Below, piece after piece: positions 29,540 through 40,517 of a DNA stretch of 64,000 nucleotides (the stretch's first letter is position 1; every line of letters starts with the position of its first letter). A program made the translations under genes and the position numbers. Source of the DNA: an uncultured Chloroflexia bacterium (GTDB lineage: Bacteria > Chloroflexota > Ktedonobacteria > Ktedonobacterales > JADMIN01); the NCBI GenBank assembly GCA_963702665.1, contig CAVPDP010000018.1:59130-123129 (forward strand). The letters are read 5' to 3'. A model generated the notes under the pieces. It searched no databases. It was not told the DNA's origin and saw nothing but the letters and a program-made list of their open reading frames with translations.

Positions 29540-29790
29540 GTGTTTCCCCTCCCGCCTGCGAGTTATCGTAGGGGACTATAGGGCACGCGCTGTGGCCACG
29601 ATGACCAACTACATCTAATCAGGGCCAATCAACCCCAATCGTGGCAATCATGGCCAGTGCCGCTACGGTTTTGTCATAGCATGCTCAAAAATTAGGGACC
29701 GAGAAAGATCTCAGGTATCGGGTTGTGACTACCAGCGGGCTATGTCTTCACGGCCCTCCACGGCCCCCCACAGGAAGAGTTGGCTTTGAT

Positions 29791-30818
29791 TCAGCGGATC
29801 TCGGTGGGATTTGGCCTGAGAACCCAGATCCTGAGTATTATGGTATCCCCAGTGCTGCCGCCACTGGCGCCTGGCAGTTCTCCCGTTTGCCGCGTCGAGT
29901 AACTGGCTTTGAGCCATCCTGCCTGCGGCAAAACTCGATGCTGCAACTGAGATCTCGGAGACCCCTGTTTTTTCTGACAAGGTGGCAGCGTAGTGATCAC
30001 ATCCACGATGAAAACCGAGTTCCACCCTGCGTTCCCCCACTGATGCACAAGATTTCTGATCTGCCCGACAGCCCAATTAATGGACGCATCCTCCGCGTGT
30101 GTGACTGGTCCCCCTGTAACGACTTCAGAGTCTTGTTGGGGTACACATCAGAGACCTCTTTGTCTGTTCCCCTGGCATAGGTATAACTGAGGACAGCGCC
30201 ACCTCTGGTTGGTTTATGCTCCCCTGGCCCCCCTGGCCCAGCATTCTGCTTTTCAATGATCTTCGACGCCAGCGCGAGCATCTTCTCTTTCGGTGGATTA
30301 GCTCCGTTGCTAGTATACACTTCAGGAAGAGTAACATTCGGCGATAGCGGCCGTTTGTACGCCGGATATTTCTGTGCCCACCCAGAATCGCCACCGACCC
30401 CGCCAGTCCCATCGGCCATCCGCATCTGCCCGCTCGGATCGACGTTGATGAGCGGGTTGTTGCCCGCGTAGCCATACGGCTGGTCGCTGAAGAACAGCGG
30501 CGAACGGCCCAGCGGGTCACGGCTGAGGAAGCGGCCCAGCGCCGGATCATAGGCGCGCACAGACATCCAGTACAAGCCCGTCTCGCCGTCGTAGCGCACC
30601 CCATCGCGTCCGTCATAACGATACGGGTTCGTCCACGTCGTCGTGCCGCCAAAGCTCTCACTGAACGAGGTCAACTGGCCGAAGGCGTCGTAGCTGTAGC
30701 TGGCGACGACGTTGCCACTGGCATCCACGAGGGCCACCACATCGCCGTGGCCATTGTAGACGTATAGTAGCGCGGCGACGCGTTGGGGTCGCTGCCCAGC
30801 TGGACACTCACCGGGCAC
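29791..30818 (-). CDS. Orphan RHS core fragment plus C-terminal toxin domain (deaminase-like), frameshifted
   Basis: GLYWMSVRAYDPALGRFLSRDP...YAGNNPLINVDPSG; after a frame change, THAEDA...TTLPPCQK. Confidence 0.75.
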
Positions 30819-30827
30819 CCTAATCCA

Positions 30828-31916
30828 CTAAGGTTGCAACCCCTTGCTGGCGAGATAACTGGCGATGTCAATGGCATACGGCTGCTGGTCGTTCACGCCG
30901 AAGACGATCAGTGTCTTGCCATCGGGGGACCAGATGGGATCGGTCATCTGCTGTTGAGCGAGGTCGGCACTGACCACATCGAGCGTCTGCGATGAGTTAT
31001 CCGGGTTGACTAGGTAGATTCTGTCGCCACCTTGATAGTCGGCATAGCGCACCACCAGCCACCGTCCGCTCGGCGACCAAGCATAGAGGCTCATGTCAGG
31101 GTGTTGTTCGGTGGCGATGGTACGAGCGGAGCCGAGGGTGAGTCTCCCGGTTGCAACCTGTGAAAAAGGACTGATCACCAGATCAAAGTGATCATAGCCA
31201 CCGGAGTCCACAGTAAGCGCCACGATAGTACGCCAACTGGGCAGCATGGGGGCGGAAGGATGGGGCGGCTGCATCATACTGATCTGCGGAGGTCAGCTCC
31301 TGCTGCACTACGCCTGCTGGCGTCACTACATAGAGTTCGGTATTGGCTCCTGACCCGTCGTTGGGTCGTGCAGCGAATAACGCGGCCTGCCCGCTGGGAG
31401 TCCATGTCACCCCCCATTGACTGCCAATGATGACTTGTGAGAGATGGACCGCCATGCAGGAACTGAACGGCGCGGCGCCAATGCACATTCGAGGATACGG
31501 CGTGTCGCCGTTAATACAACTCAGACGGCCATCAGGCAGCCAGGCAAAGTCTGGATTCCCGACCCCTCACCACAATGCCAACTGCTCAAGTCATATTTCG
31601 TCTGCCCGTCAGGGCTGACCACCTCTACATGTGCGCCTGCGTAGTCATCCCCAGCCAGCACCGCGATCCAGCGCCCATCTGGCGACCAGACCGGATGATT
31701 AATCGCCGCAAACCCCCAGTCGAGGTGGCGCAGAGTGGGCAGTAATTGTCCCTGCGTCACCACGGCGCCACTCGAGGGCATAGGGGCTAGCGCACAGGCA
31801 ATAAGGGTGAGGGGTGCGAGCAGAGAGACCAGGGCAATGAGTACCTTGATGATACACCCACGCCACGATGAGCGCGCATCTGGTTGCACTGGATGGTGTG
31901 CGGTATTGTCCGCCAT
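30828..31916 (-). CDS. TolB/PD40-like beta-propeller exported protein (several indels)
   Basis: Repeated WSPDGRW, WTPSG, WSPSGRW and WSPDGK motifs across frames; N-terminal TM/lipobox-like LIAC. Confidence 0.75.
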
Positions 31917-32228
31917 ATATACCCTTGCCCTTGCTATACCCATTGCTGTAATGTCCTCGCGCTGGCAGATTATAGCAGAGATACGGCGAAAATCGCGCGA
32001 TCATCACATCTCTCCAGGCGATGCTACGCTGGTTCACGGCGAACCATTCATGTCGCCGACATCGCTCCCCATCGGCGTGCTTTTCCCCCGTCGCGTCCAT
32101 CAGTACTGGCCCATAATGGGCGCCAGATTGACGGTCGCCAGCCGCTGCGCCTACACTGCCTGCTGCGACCGTCCGCACGCCACCTGCAAAATCAGGCGTG
32201 GAGCGCCAGGTGGTGCGAGGAGGCAGTC

Positions 32229-35200
32229 ATGGTATTTCGACGTGGACGGCAGACCGACGACGCCCACCAGGAGCGTCCGCCGATTCAGCCGGTGGTCATA
32301 GATGTCGTTGCGCGCGCTGACCTGACTCCGGTCAGCCAGTGGGTAGAGGGTGGCCCGATTCCCGCGCGTCCGATGCCGCCCGGCCCGACATCCGCGCTCT
32401 TCGCAGGCGTCTGCCGCTACTTCCACGATTGCTTCTCCGCCGACTCGCGTGGGGGCACGCTCACCAACATCCTCGATAAAAACCAGGCGGAATATCTGGT
32501 CTTCGCCGATGGCGTCGAACCGCTGGCCACCGCCCAACTCGACCGGCTCGAAGTGCCGCTGAGCACCGGCGTCACCGCGCAGAACGCCGCCGATGTCAAC
32601 CGCCGCGAGAAGTTCCTGATCTGGGGATCGATCTTCCTGGTGGGGCGCGGACGCCCAGAGAACGCGCGCCGCAAGGGCGAGGTCTACTGCGCGCCGCTGC
32701 TCTACTGGCCCGCGCGTATCGAGCAGGAAGGCTCGCTGGCGCATCTGAGCATCGATCTGGACGAGCAGCATATCAACTTTCCGCTGCTGGCCTCGCTCAT
32801 CGACGCCGAGAACGACGAGCAGGCCCAGGCCTACGCCGAGGCGATTCTGGCGCAGGTGCCCACCGCGCCCTTCGAGACCGCCGCCATCCGCGAGTTCGCC
32901 GCAGTGGTCGCGGAGTTGATCCCCGACCTGCGCACCGACGACCTTCAGGCATGGCCGGAGCTACAGACCGAGGCCGCCCTGCGCGATCTGGTGGATAGCC
33001 CCGTGCAGCTCCTCTGCGCGTCGGCGATGGCGCTGGTACGGCGTCCGCAGGAGGCGCGTGGCGTGCTGACGGAGTTGCAGATGATGAGCAACCGGGGCGA
33101 TATGTCGTCGCCGCTCGCCGCCATCTTCACCGACGCCGCCCGCGCCGAACGCGCGCCCGTCACCGGGATGCTGCCCGAAGTGGAGATCGAGCGGCCCATT
33201 CTCAGCGGCTCGGAGTTGAGCAACGCCCAGACGCGCGTCTTGCGCCAGGCCGAGCGCCGCCCGCTGACGCTGGTGATTGGCCCTCCCGGCACCGGCAAGT
33301 CGTTCACCATCGCGCAGATCGTGCTGGACGCCGTAGCGCGCGGGCAGACGGTGCTGCTCTCCTCCAAGATGAACAAGGCGGTGGATGTCGTCGTCGAGAA
33401 GCTGAAGCCGCACCTGGGCAGCCTGACGGTCATCCTGCGCGGCGGCGACCGGCGCTATCGCGACGAGTTGAAGAAGTTCCTCGATAACCTCTTCGACGGC
33501 ACTGGCGCGCCACCGCGTCCGCGTCCCGGCGAGATTGAGATGCTCGAAGATCGCCTGCGTTCCGCCGATGACGAGATCGCGCAACTCGACGCCGAGATTC
33601 GCTATCTGCTGGAGGCCGAGGCGCGCTGGACTCAGCACGTCGCCGCGCTCCGGCGCATCCATCCGCCCGCCTATAACGAGGCCGCCGCCGCCGCGCTGGG
33701 GCCAGAGGCGCTCGAAGCGGCCTATGAGGAAATCCACCGCGACACCGGCAAGCTCCCGGTGGTGAGCTGGATGGCCGGGCGCAAACGCGACCAGACCGCC
33801 AACGATGTCGCCGCGCGGATTGGCCTCGCCGAGAGCGATCTGCCACATCTGGAGGCCGTCTTGCGGCGCGAGCAGCTACGGGCGGGGTTGGCGCAGACCG
33901 AGCGCGCGCTGTTGGCGCGTGACGATGTGAACGCGCTCTTGACGCGGCATGCGCGCCTGCGTATGGATCGCGGCGCACTGGTGGGCGAGTTGCTGACGGC
34001 GCGACGGCGCGAGGCGCTGGCCGAGGCGCTGCGGCTCAACCGGCGCACGCTCTCGCTCTTCAGGACGGCGCTGGAGGCCCGCAGCACCGCCGAGCAGGAT
34101 AAAATCTTCGCCGAACTGGATTTCTCCGCGCTGCTCAATACGTTCCCGATCTGGGCGACGACCAACCCGCATGTCGCCGAGATGCTGCCGCTCGACCGCG
34201 AGATGTTCGATCTGGTGATCGTGGATGAGGCGTCGCAGTGCGATGTCTCGAGCGCGCTGCCACTGCTCTACCGTGGCAAGCGGGCGATTGTCTGCGGCGA
34301 TCCCAAGCAGTTGCGCCATCTCTCGTTTCTGCGCGAAGACCGCCAGGCGGCGCTCGCCTCGCAGCACGGCCTCTCCGCCAGCCAGCGGTCGCAGTGGAAC
34401 TATCGGACGCACAGCCTGCTCGATGTGGTGAATGGCGCGCTGCCATCCCAGGACGATGTGGTGCTGCTGGACGAGCATTATCGCAGCCTGCCGCAGATTA
34501 TCGAGTTCAGCAACCGCCGCTTCTACGGCCAGGCGTTGCGCGTGATGACGCGTCGCCCCGATACGCTGGGGACACGTAGCGTCGAGATGCGCAAGGTGAA
34601 CGGCAAGCGCGTCAAAGAGGGCTATAACACGCAGGAGGCCGAGGCGATTCTCAAGGAGATCAACGCTATCGCGAAGGCCGAGGCGAAGCTGCCACCGAAC
34701 GAGCGCTCATCCATCGGCGTGCTCTCGCCCTATCGCGACCAGGTGAACTACCTGACGCGCATGCTGGCGCAGAAGCTCAAATCGAAGATTTTGCAGGATC
34801 ACGATATCGCCATCGGCACGGCGCACAGCTACCAGGGCGACGAGCGCGACATCATGCTGCTCAGTTTCTGCGCCGACCCGTCGTCGCATCGCAGCACCGT
34901 CACCTTCATGAACAACGACAATCTCTTCAATGTCGCGGTGACGCGCGCGCGCCATCGCCAGGTGATCTTCACCGGACTCGATGCGCGCCATCTGCCGCAA
35001 GACCATCTCCTGGGGCAGTATCTCGACTATGCGTCGGAATGTCTGGAGCCAGACAAGCCAGAGGATCATACCTCCGGTGGCACCGCCTTCGAGCGCGAGT
35101 TGGGGCAGACGCTACGCCAGCGGAACGGCTACGAGGTCTACCTCGGCTACCCGGTCGCGGGCTTCGCGGTGGATGTCGTGGCGCAGTATGGCGGGCGGGC

Positions 35201-35447
35201 GCTGGCTATCGCCTGTGACGGCGACCCCGAACGCCACGCGCCGCTGCCGGGCGAGGTCTCGCTCGATACGGTCAGCGGCCAGACAATTCTGGAGCGCGCG
35301 GGCTGGCAGGTGCATCGTCTCTCGTTCCGCCGCTGGCAACGCGACCGCGAGCAGGCGCTGGCGGAGATCGACGCGATGATGGGCGTTGAAGGCGACGAAG
35401 GCGGCGACGTGGGCAACGATGTGGAGGATGTCGCCGACGCCGAATAG
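32229..35447 (+). CDS. SF1 (Upf1/Dna2-like) helicase with DUF4011-like N-terminus and C-terminal Vsr/DUF559-like domain
   Basis: GPPGTGKS, VIVDEASQ, GDPKQL, LDEHYRS, SPYRDQ, YQGDERD, NVAVTRAR; C-terminal FERE...VDVV...AIACDG...LERAGW; SD GAGGAGG. Confidence 0.9.
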   Translation: MVFRRGRQTDDAHQERPPIQPVVIDVVARADLTPVSQWVEGGPIPARPMPPGPTSALFAGVCRYFHDCFSADSRGGTLTNILDKNQAEYLVFADGVEPLATAQLDRLEVPLSTGVTAQNAADVNRREKFLIWGSIFLVGRGRPENARRKGEVYCAPLLYWPARIEQEGSLAHLSIDLDEQHINFPLLASLIDAENDEQAQAYAEAILAQVPTAPFETAAIREFAAVVAELIPDLRTDDLQAWPELQTEAALRDLVDSPVQLLCASAMALVRRPQEARGVLTELQMMSNRGDMSSPLAAIFTDAARAERAPVTGMLPEVEIERPILSGSELSNAQTRVLRQAERRPLTLVIGPPGTGKSFTIAQIVLDAVARGQTVLLSSKMNKAVDVVVEKLKPHLGSLTVILRGGDRRYRDELKKFLDNLFDGTGAPPRPRPGEIEMLEDRLRSADDEIAQLDAEIRYLLEAEARWTQHVAALRRIHPPAYNEAAAAALGPEALEAAYEEIHRDTGKLPVVSWMAGRKRDQTANDVAARIGLAESDLPHLEAVLRREQLRAGLAQTERALLARDDVNALLTRHARLRMDRGALVGELLTARRREALAEALRLNRRTLSLFRTALEARSTAEQDKIFAELDFSALLNTFPIWATTNPHVAEMLPLDREMFDLVIVDEASQCDVSSALPLLYRGKRAIVCGDPKQLRHLSFLREDRQAALASQHGLSASQRSQWNYRTHSLLDVVNGALPSQDDVVLLDEHYRSLPQIIEFSNRRFYGQALRVMTRRPDTLGTRSVEMRKVNGKRVKEGYNTQEAEAILKEINAIAKAEAKLPPNERSSIGVLSPYRDQVNYLTRMLAQKLKSKILQDHDIAIGTAHSYQGDERDIMLLSFCADPSSHRSTVTFMNNDNLFNVAVTRARHRQVIFTGLDARHLPQDHLLGQYLDYASECLEPDKPEDHTSGGTAFERELGQTLRQRNGYEVYLGYPVAGFAVDVVAQYGGRALAIACDGDPERHAPLPGEVSLDTVSGQTILERAGWQVHRLSFRRWQRDREQALAEIDAMMGVEGDEGGDVGNDVEDVADAE

Positions 35448-35479
35448 CGGTAGCGCTCATCTGTGGGTATGTCGCATCG

Positions 35480-36049
35480 TCAGGCGTTCCGTGCCTGTGC
35501 CGCATGGCGTCGGGCAAACCAAAGCGGAAATCCCGCGATAAAGCCCAGAGCCGCTGCGACGATCATCGCCAGAATTGCGCCTTCCAGCATTGGCTTGGTA
35601 GTCATCAGATAGATAATGCCCAGTAGCAGGGCAATCAGCAGGTAGAGCGCCGCGCCCATAATCGGATCGGCGATACGTTGTTGAATCTCGCGAGAAAGCG
35701 GGCCATCAGGCGCTGCGGCGGCCAGCGCGGCGATTTTGTGCAGGCGCCGCTCGATGACCAACGGGCCAAGTGGCGCCATCAGCGCGAAACTGATGATCGC
35801 CACGATCACCCAGCCAGTGCCCAGCCCCCATACCGTGACGGCCATGTAAAGCCCCGCAGCCGCCAGCAGCAGGATACCGCCTACGGCAACCGTATCAGTC
35901 GCAAATATTGCCTGACAGATGATGCGCACCTGTTGCACCTGCCTGGCGCGCCGTAGCGCCACCATCCCGAAGAGGTAGACGCCAAGCGGCATGAAGAAGC
36001 CAATGACCCCCACTACATGGATGAACAGCGCCAGTCGATAGAGATCCAT
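35480..36049 (-). CDS. DUF2269-like membrane protein
   Basis: LFIHVVG...GLYMAVTVWG...IIYLMTTKP. Confidence 0.7.
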   Translation of the reverse strand: MDLYRLALFIHVVGVIGFFMPLGVYLFGMVALRRARQVQQVRIICQAIFATDTVAVGGILLLAAAGLYMAVTVWGLGTGWVIVAIISFALMAPLGPLVIERRLHKIAALAAAAPDGPLSREIQQRIADPIMGAALYLLIALLLGIIYLMTTKPMLEGAILAMIVAAALGFIAGFPLWFARRHAAQARNA

Positions 36050-36085
36050 CGGAAAGCCCTCCACCGGGAGTATTGGGGGCAATTA

Positions 36086-36576
36086 TTACCGTGTGGTAAC
36101 GGCTGCGAGCGCCCAGAGCATCAGGCCAAACGTCACAACCTGCAAGATGGCGCGTGCCGTCTGCCAGCGCTCGAATCGGTCGAAGATCGCCGTCAGTTCA
36201 GGCTCGCTGTTTGCCATGTTTCGCTGACTCAGCAACGTGGGCGCGGCGCGCGATGTGGTGAAGGAGTGCGCCAGCGAGACTACGGCGGCGAGGTACAAAG
36301 GCAACGCGACATTGGGCGGCGCGGCCTGTATCAGCGCGACGATGGCGGCGACGATGGTCAGCAGCGCAGCGCCGACGCCGAGAATCGCGTACCAAAGGAT
36401 ACCAGTTCCCATATCGGCGGCGCGGCTATAGACCGAATAGGCGATCACACCGATCCGGCGGCGCGCTGGCAACTGCTTGATGGACTGATCGAGGCTGGCG
36501 CCCGCCAGCAGCCCATCTAGCGCGGTCGCGGCAATGACCAGCAGAACGAGTGGTTGATGCGAGATGACATGAGCAT
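36086..36576 (-). CDS. DUF1772/anthrone oxygenase-like membrane protein; indel near the 5' end
   Basis: GLLAGASLDQSIKQLPARRRIG...YSRAAD...FERWQTARA; SD AAGGAGG. Confidence 0.55.
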
Positions 36577-36625
36577 TGCCTCCTTCTTCACATACGTCAG
36601 GCGCACCTGACGGCTTCGATACCCA

Positions 36626-37245
36626 TCAGGCGACGGCGGCCATGAAGAAATGGACGAGCGCCGCGAGCGCTTCTGGTGGCGGTTTCGGCGGCTGGTCATG
36701 CCCGGCAATCAACCCATCGGCGAGCAGATAGGCCAGCAGCGGCGCGACCAGCAGGAGTAACATCTCTTCTGAGGGCGGCTGACTGATGATCCCGGCGTGG
36801 TGGGCGCGCGTCAACAGGCGCGACAGCGCTGCGCTCCCCTGGGCTATGAGCGTCGCGCGCATTTGCTCGGCAAGCTCTGGGAAACGCGGCGCCTCAGCGA
36901 TGAGCACCCGCAGCAGCGAGACATAGGTGGGCGCAAGCAGATATGCGCTCGCGCTTGTCACGAAGGCCACGAGCGCCGCCTCGAGATCGTCCCGGCTGGT
37001 GAGCGGCGCCTCATCCGAAGAGCGGGCACATCGCGCAGAAAGCTGCCGACCGTCAACTGCCGCAGGATGTCTACGAAGAGCGCATCTTTCGTCTGGTAGT
37101 AGCGATAGAGCGTTTGTTTGGAGACACCCGCCGCGCCAGCAATCGCGTCCATCGAGGCGCGCTCGTAGCCCAGGCTCAGGAAGAGGCGCTGTGCGCCTGC
37201 ACGAATCTGCTCACGTTTCGCCCGTGTACGTGTCGGCTCGACCAT
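36626..37245 (-). CDS. TetR/AcrR family regulator; frameshift near 37020
   Basis: LFLSLGYERASMDAIAGAAGVSKQTLYRYY; C-terminal IAEAPRFPELA. Confidence 0.9.
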
Positions 37246-37264
37246 GCGCCGTCCTCTCACGAAA

Positions 37265-37316
37265 ATCATACTGTACTGTACAGTATGATAATAGCCATGC
37301 AAGGGACGGATGTCAA
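37265..37316 (-). promoter_or_regulatory. Promoter TTGACA-N17-TATTAT with a perfect 25-bp operator palindrome
   Basis: ATCATACTGTAC-T-GTACAGTATGAT (37265-37289) overlaps the -10/+1 region of the TetR gene. Confidence 0.85.
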
Positions 37317-37335
37317 GGCGATGACACACGAATGC

Positions 37336-38162
37336 CTATTGTGCTCGATTCAGGAAGTCCAGTATGGCCTGCGTGAACGCTTCTGGCTCTTCCATGTTTG
37401 GCAGATGCGCGCTATGGGCGAAGACACGCTTCTGCGCCCCTGGGATCGCGTCGGCCATCAGGTCAGCCGCGTGTACAGTGGTGGGATAATCGAGCGCCCC
37501 GGCCATCACCAGCGTTGGGATGGTGATCGTATCCAGGCGGTCAATGGCGGGCGGGTCGAGCGGCTCGAATGGCTGAAGATCGGCGACGAAAAACGTGTTC
37601 CGCTCGACCGGGATGCGGTTCATTGCGGCGGCGCGCTGGCGAACCTCCGGGTTCGACCTGATCCGGTTGGCGGGTGGGGCCGTCGATCCAGAGGCGCATC
37701 TGAAGCTCGGAGACGCGCGCGGTATCGCCCTGTTTCGCCGCCTGGAACATCTCCATGCATTTCTGGCGGCGGGGCGCCTCTGGCTGGTAGCCGCTGGGCG
37801 CGCTGGAGGCGGTCATCAGGGCCGTGACCATCTCAGGATGCTCCAGCGCGAAGTCGAGCATGATCGTGCCGCTCATCGAGCACCCAAGCAGCGCGCATCG
37901 CTCCACATCGAGATGCTGAAGCAGTTCGGCGAGGTCGTGGCGGCGGTTACGTGGCCCAGGCGCCGGGTCGGATTTGCCATAGCCGCGCATGTCGTAGCGT
38001 ATGACCCGATACCGCTGGGTCAAACACATCCCACTGGTCATCCCACATTCTGCTATCCACGAAGCCCGCGTGCCCCAGCACGAGCGTCTCGCCCTCACCC
38101 GCCACTTCATAATAGAGCCTGCCGTCGGTTTGTTCGATATATCCAGTGCGAGCCTCTGCCAT
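37336..38162 (-). CDS. Alpha/beta hydrolase (several indels)
   Basis: LGHAGFVDSRMWD, YDMRGYGKS, GCSMSG nucleophile elbow, SAHLPNMEEP. Confidence 0.85.
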
Positions 38163-38252
38163 GCTCAGCCTCCTAGCCCGTGGTGTCATGTGCTCTCTCT
38201 GCGTATCGTACACTTCCAAGCGTGGCCGCGCATAGCGGAAGTCACGCATACA

Positions 38253-39488
38253 TCACGCATAGCTGGCGACATACACCTGGGTCGCTGGCGGCGCGTTCGT
38301 GGCGGATGTCTGCGGCATTGCCCAGATCATGCCTGATCCCGCGCCGGGCTGGTACACATACCAGTAGACGTTGTTCGTAGGAGGCGAACCAAGTGATTCC
38401 CATGCGCTCTTGCCGGGCGCTGACCGATACATCCCCTCGGGACTTCCCGCCAGCGCATAGCCATCGTTGGCCAGCGCGAATGATTCTTTGTCGTGTGGGC
38501 TGACGCCATCGCGATTGGCCCAGGTCTTGCCGCTATCCAATGTGCAGATGAGCGGGGCTGGCCAATCAGGCTCCGCGCTGCTCGAACTGGTGCGGACGCC
38601 ACATAGCTCCCACGGCCCCGCCGCGAAGGGCGCGCGTACCAGAAACTGGTCGGCTATTGGCGCGTGCAGGTCGTGCCAGGTGGCGCCGCCATCACTACTC
38701 GTCAGGAATGTATCCGACCAGACCCACGATGTTTGCGTGTGAACCAGCAGTTCGCCGGTCGCCGGATTCACCCAGATGTCCGCGGACGGCGCGCGCATCC
38801 ACTGGGTCGGAGCCGGGCTCGCATGCCAGGGCGCCATCTATCCGATGCCAGGTGTGCAGCCCGTCGCTGCTGGCGGCGAACGCAAAGACGCCGGGCGAGG
38901 CGTCGGCGAAGGGCGCGTGGAAGACTGCATAGCTGACGCCGTGATAGCTTGCGAGTTGCGACATCTCCGCTAACGGGCCGTTCACCTGCGTCCACGTTGC
39001 GCCGCCATCATGGGTGGCAGCCAGTGGATAGGGGATATCCGGCATTGCGCAGCATCCAGGCTGGTGTCGCGCCGCCTGCACGACCGCTGTCGCCGGATCA
39101 ACTTCATCGGCGACGACGCTGCACGAATCCACCGGGCCACTCGCCGAAACATCGCTGACACGCTGCCAATGCCGAGCGCCATCGTGCGTCACCCATAGCT
39201 GCGCGGTCGATCCGTGCGGCGCGCAGACCCAGGCGGTTCCGGTGTTGGCGGACGAAATAGCGGGGTTGGGATCGGTCAGTGGCGTGGGCAGTGAGTCGCG
39301 CCTGCCAGTTCAAGGGATGCGCCGGGGCGGCGGTGTACGTTGGCGCGGGTGTCAGCGAGGCTGGCGACGCGGCTACTGGCGACGGAAACGCTGGCGTGAA
39401 GCGTACGCCCACAGCCCGCCAGCGCCAGCGAAATCAGCAGCGCGCCCAGCGACATGAAGCACCACGAAGATCGTACATGGCGAGCCAT
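38253..39488 (-). CDS. Exported BNR/Asp-box beta-propeller lipoprotein (several indels)
   Basis: Lipobox LAGC; Asp-boxes THDGARHW, THDGGATW, SSDGLHTW, SSDGGATW, TLDSGKTW. Confidence 0.75.
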
Positions 39489-39590
39489 CGTACCCTCCCT
39501 GGCGCATCAGTGGCCACTAGCATACAGGCGAACAGGATTACTGTCTGCATGCATGACGCTGGAGAGGCGCGAAATGTTTCAGGGAGCGCT

Positions 39591-40289
39591 CTACCCCACC
39601 AGCAATCGCTGGACGGCGTGGAGGTCGCGGGCGATGACCGGGGCGAGGGCGAACTCATCGAGGGGGACGCCGTGGGTGGGCACGGCGATACAGAATACCT
39701 CGGCGCGATGGGCCGCCTCGACGCCGCGTGGCGCATCCTCCAGCATGATCGCGTCGCTGGCAGCCGTTCCCGTGCGGCGTAACGCCTCCAGAATCAGGTC
39801 GGGATGCGGCTTGCCATGCGCCACATCGTCGATGCAGACGACCGCGTCGAAGGAGTCGGCGAGGCCAAAGCGCGCCAGGTTGTTGGTGATATGCGCGCGC
39901 GTGCCCGAGGTTGCCACCGCCAGCAGATCGCCCCGCGCGCGCAGCGCCTCCAGCAGCGGCATGAGGCCAGGCATCGGGCGCAGATCAGTCTCGATCAGCG
40001 CCCGCACGCGTTCGTCGTGCAGCGTCGCCAGCTGTTCCAGCGTCATGTCGAGCGGCAGATCGCGCAGATACATGGCCAGCGACTCAGTGACCGGCATCCC
40101 TAGCGACGTGATGTAGTAGTCCCAGGTGAACGCGCAGCCATGCTCCCCGAAAAGCTGGGCCAGCGCCGCATAGACGACATCCTCGGTGTTCACCATCAGG
40201 CCGTCGTGGTCGAAGATGACCAGCCGCCGCGCTGGCGGAGTCGATGCGGTGGACGAGGCGGTAGACATGTTGCGGCTGCTCCTGGGCAT
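39591..40289 (-). CDS. HAD-superfamily phosphatase (beta-PGM-like)
   Basis: IFDHDGLMVNTE, VATSG, GKPHPD, LEDAPRGVEAA. Confidence 0.9.
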   Translation of the reverse strand: MPRSSRNMSTASSTASTPPARRLVIFDHDGLMVNTEDVVYAALAQLFGEHGCAFTWDYYITSLGMPVTESLAMYLRDLPLDMTLEQLATLHDERVRALIETDLRPMPGLMPLLEALRARGDLLAVATSGTRAHITNNLARFGLADSFDAVVCIDDVAHGKPHPDLILEALRRTGTAASDAIMLEDAPRGVEAAHRAEVFCIAVPTHGVPLDEFALAPVIARDLHAVQRLLVG

Positions 40290-40365
40290 GAGAAGGGATG
40301 AGAAAGGCGTCAGAGTTCTATCATATCAGGAGACGCCAGCGGTATGCCGCTAAACAGCATGCGCG

Positions 40366-40395
40366 TTGACCGGATTCATGGCCCCATGTTACACT
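40366..40395 (+). promoter_or_regulatory. Putative promoter TTGACC-N18-TACACT (extended -10)
   Basis: Near-consensus hexamers upstream of the ferredoxin gene. Confidence 0.55.
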
Positions 40396-40517
40396 TAAAG
40401 ACGGGTATTTTCGCCCCTTCACCGGCACGTCCGATGCGGAAAGTACGCCGCTGGATATGAGGAAGCGCGCGAGGCTTCCGGATTCATGTCGCGACATGTA
40501 GAACAGGAAGAGGATCT

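Noticed and set aside
29617..29655. AATC-periodic short repeat between the toxin and immunity genes
   Set aside because: Single short occurrence in the window; too little to assign.
31884..32228. 115-aa N-terminal extension of the helicase in the ORF track
   Set aside because: It overlaps the divergent gene start, and a strong SD precedes ATG32229.
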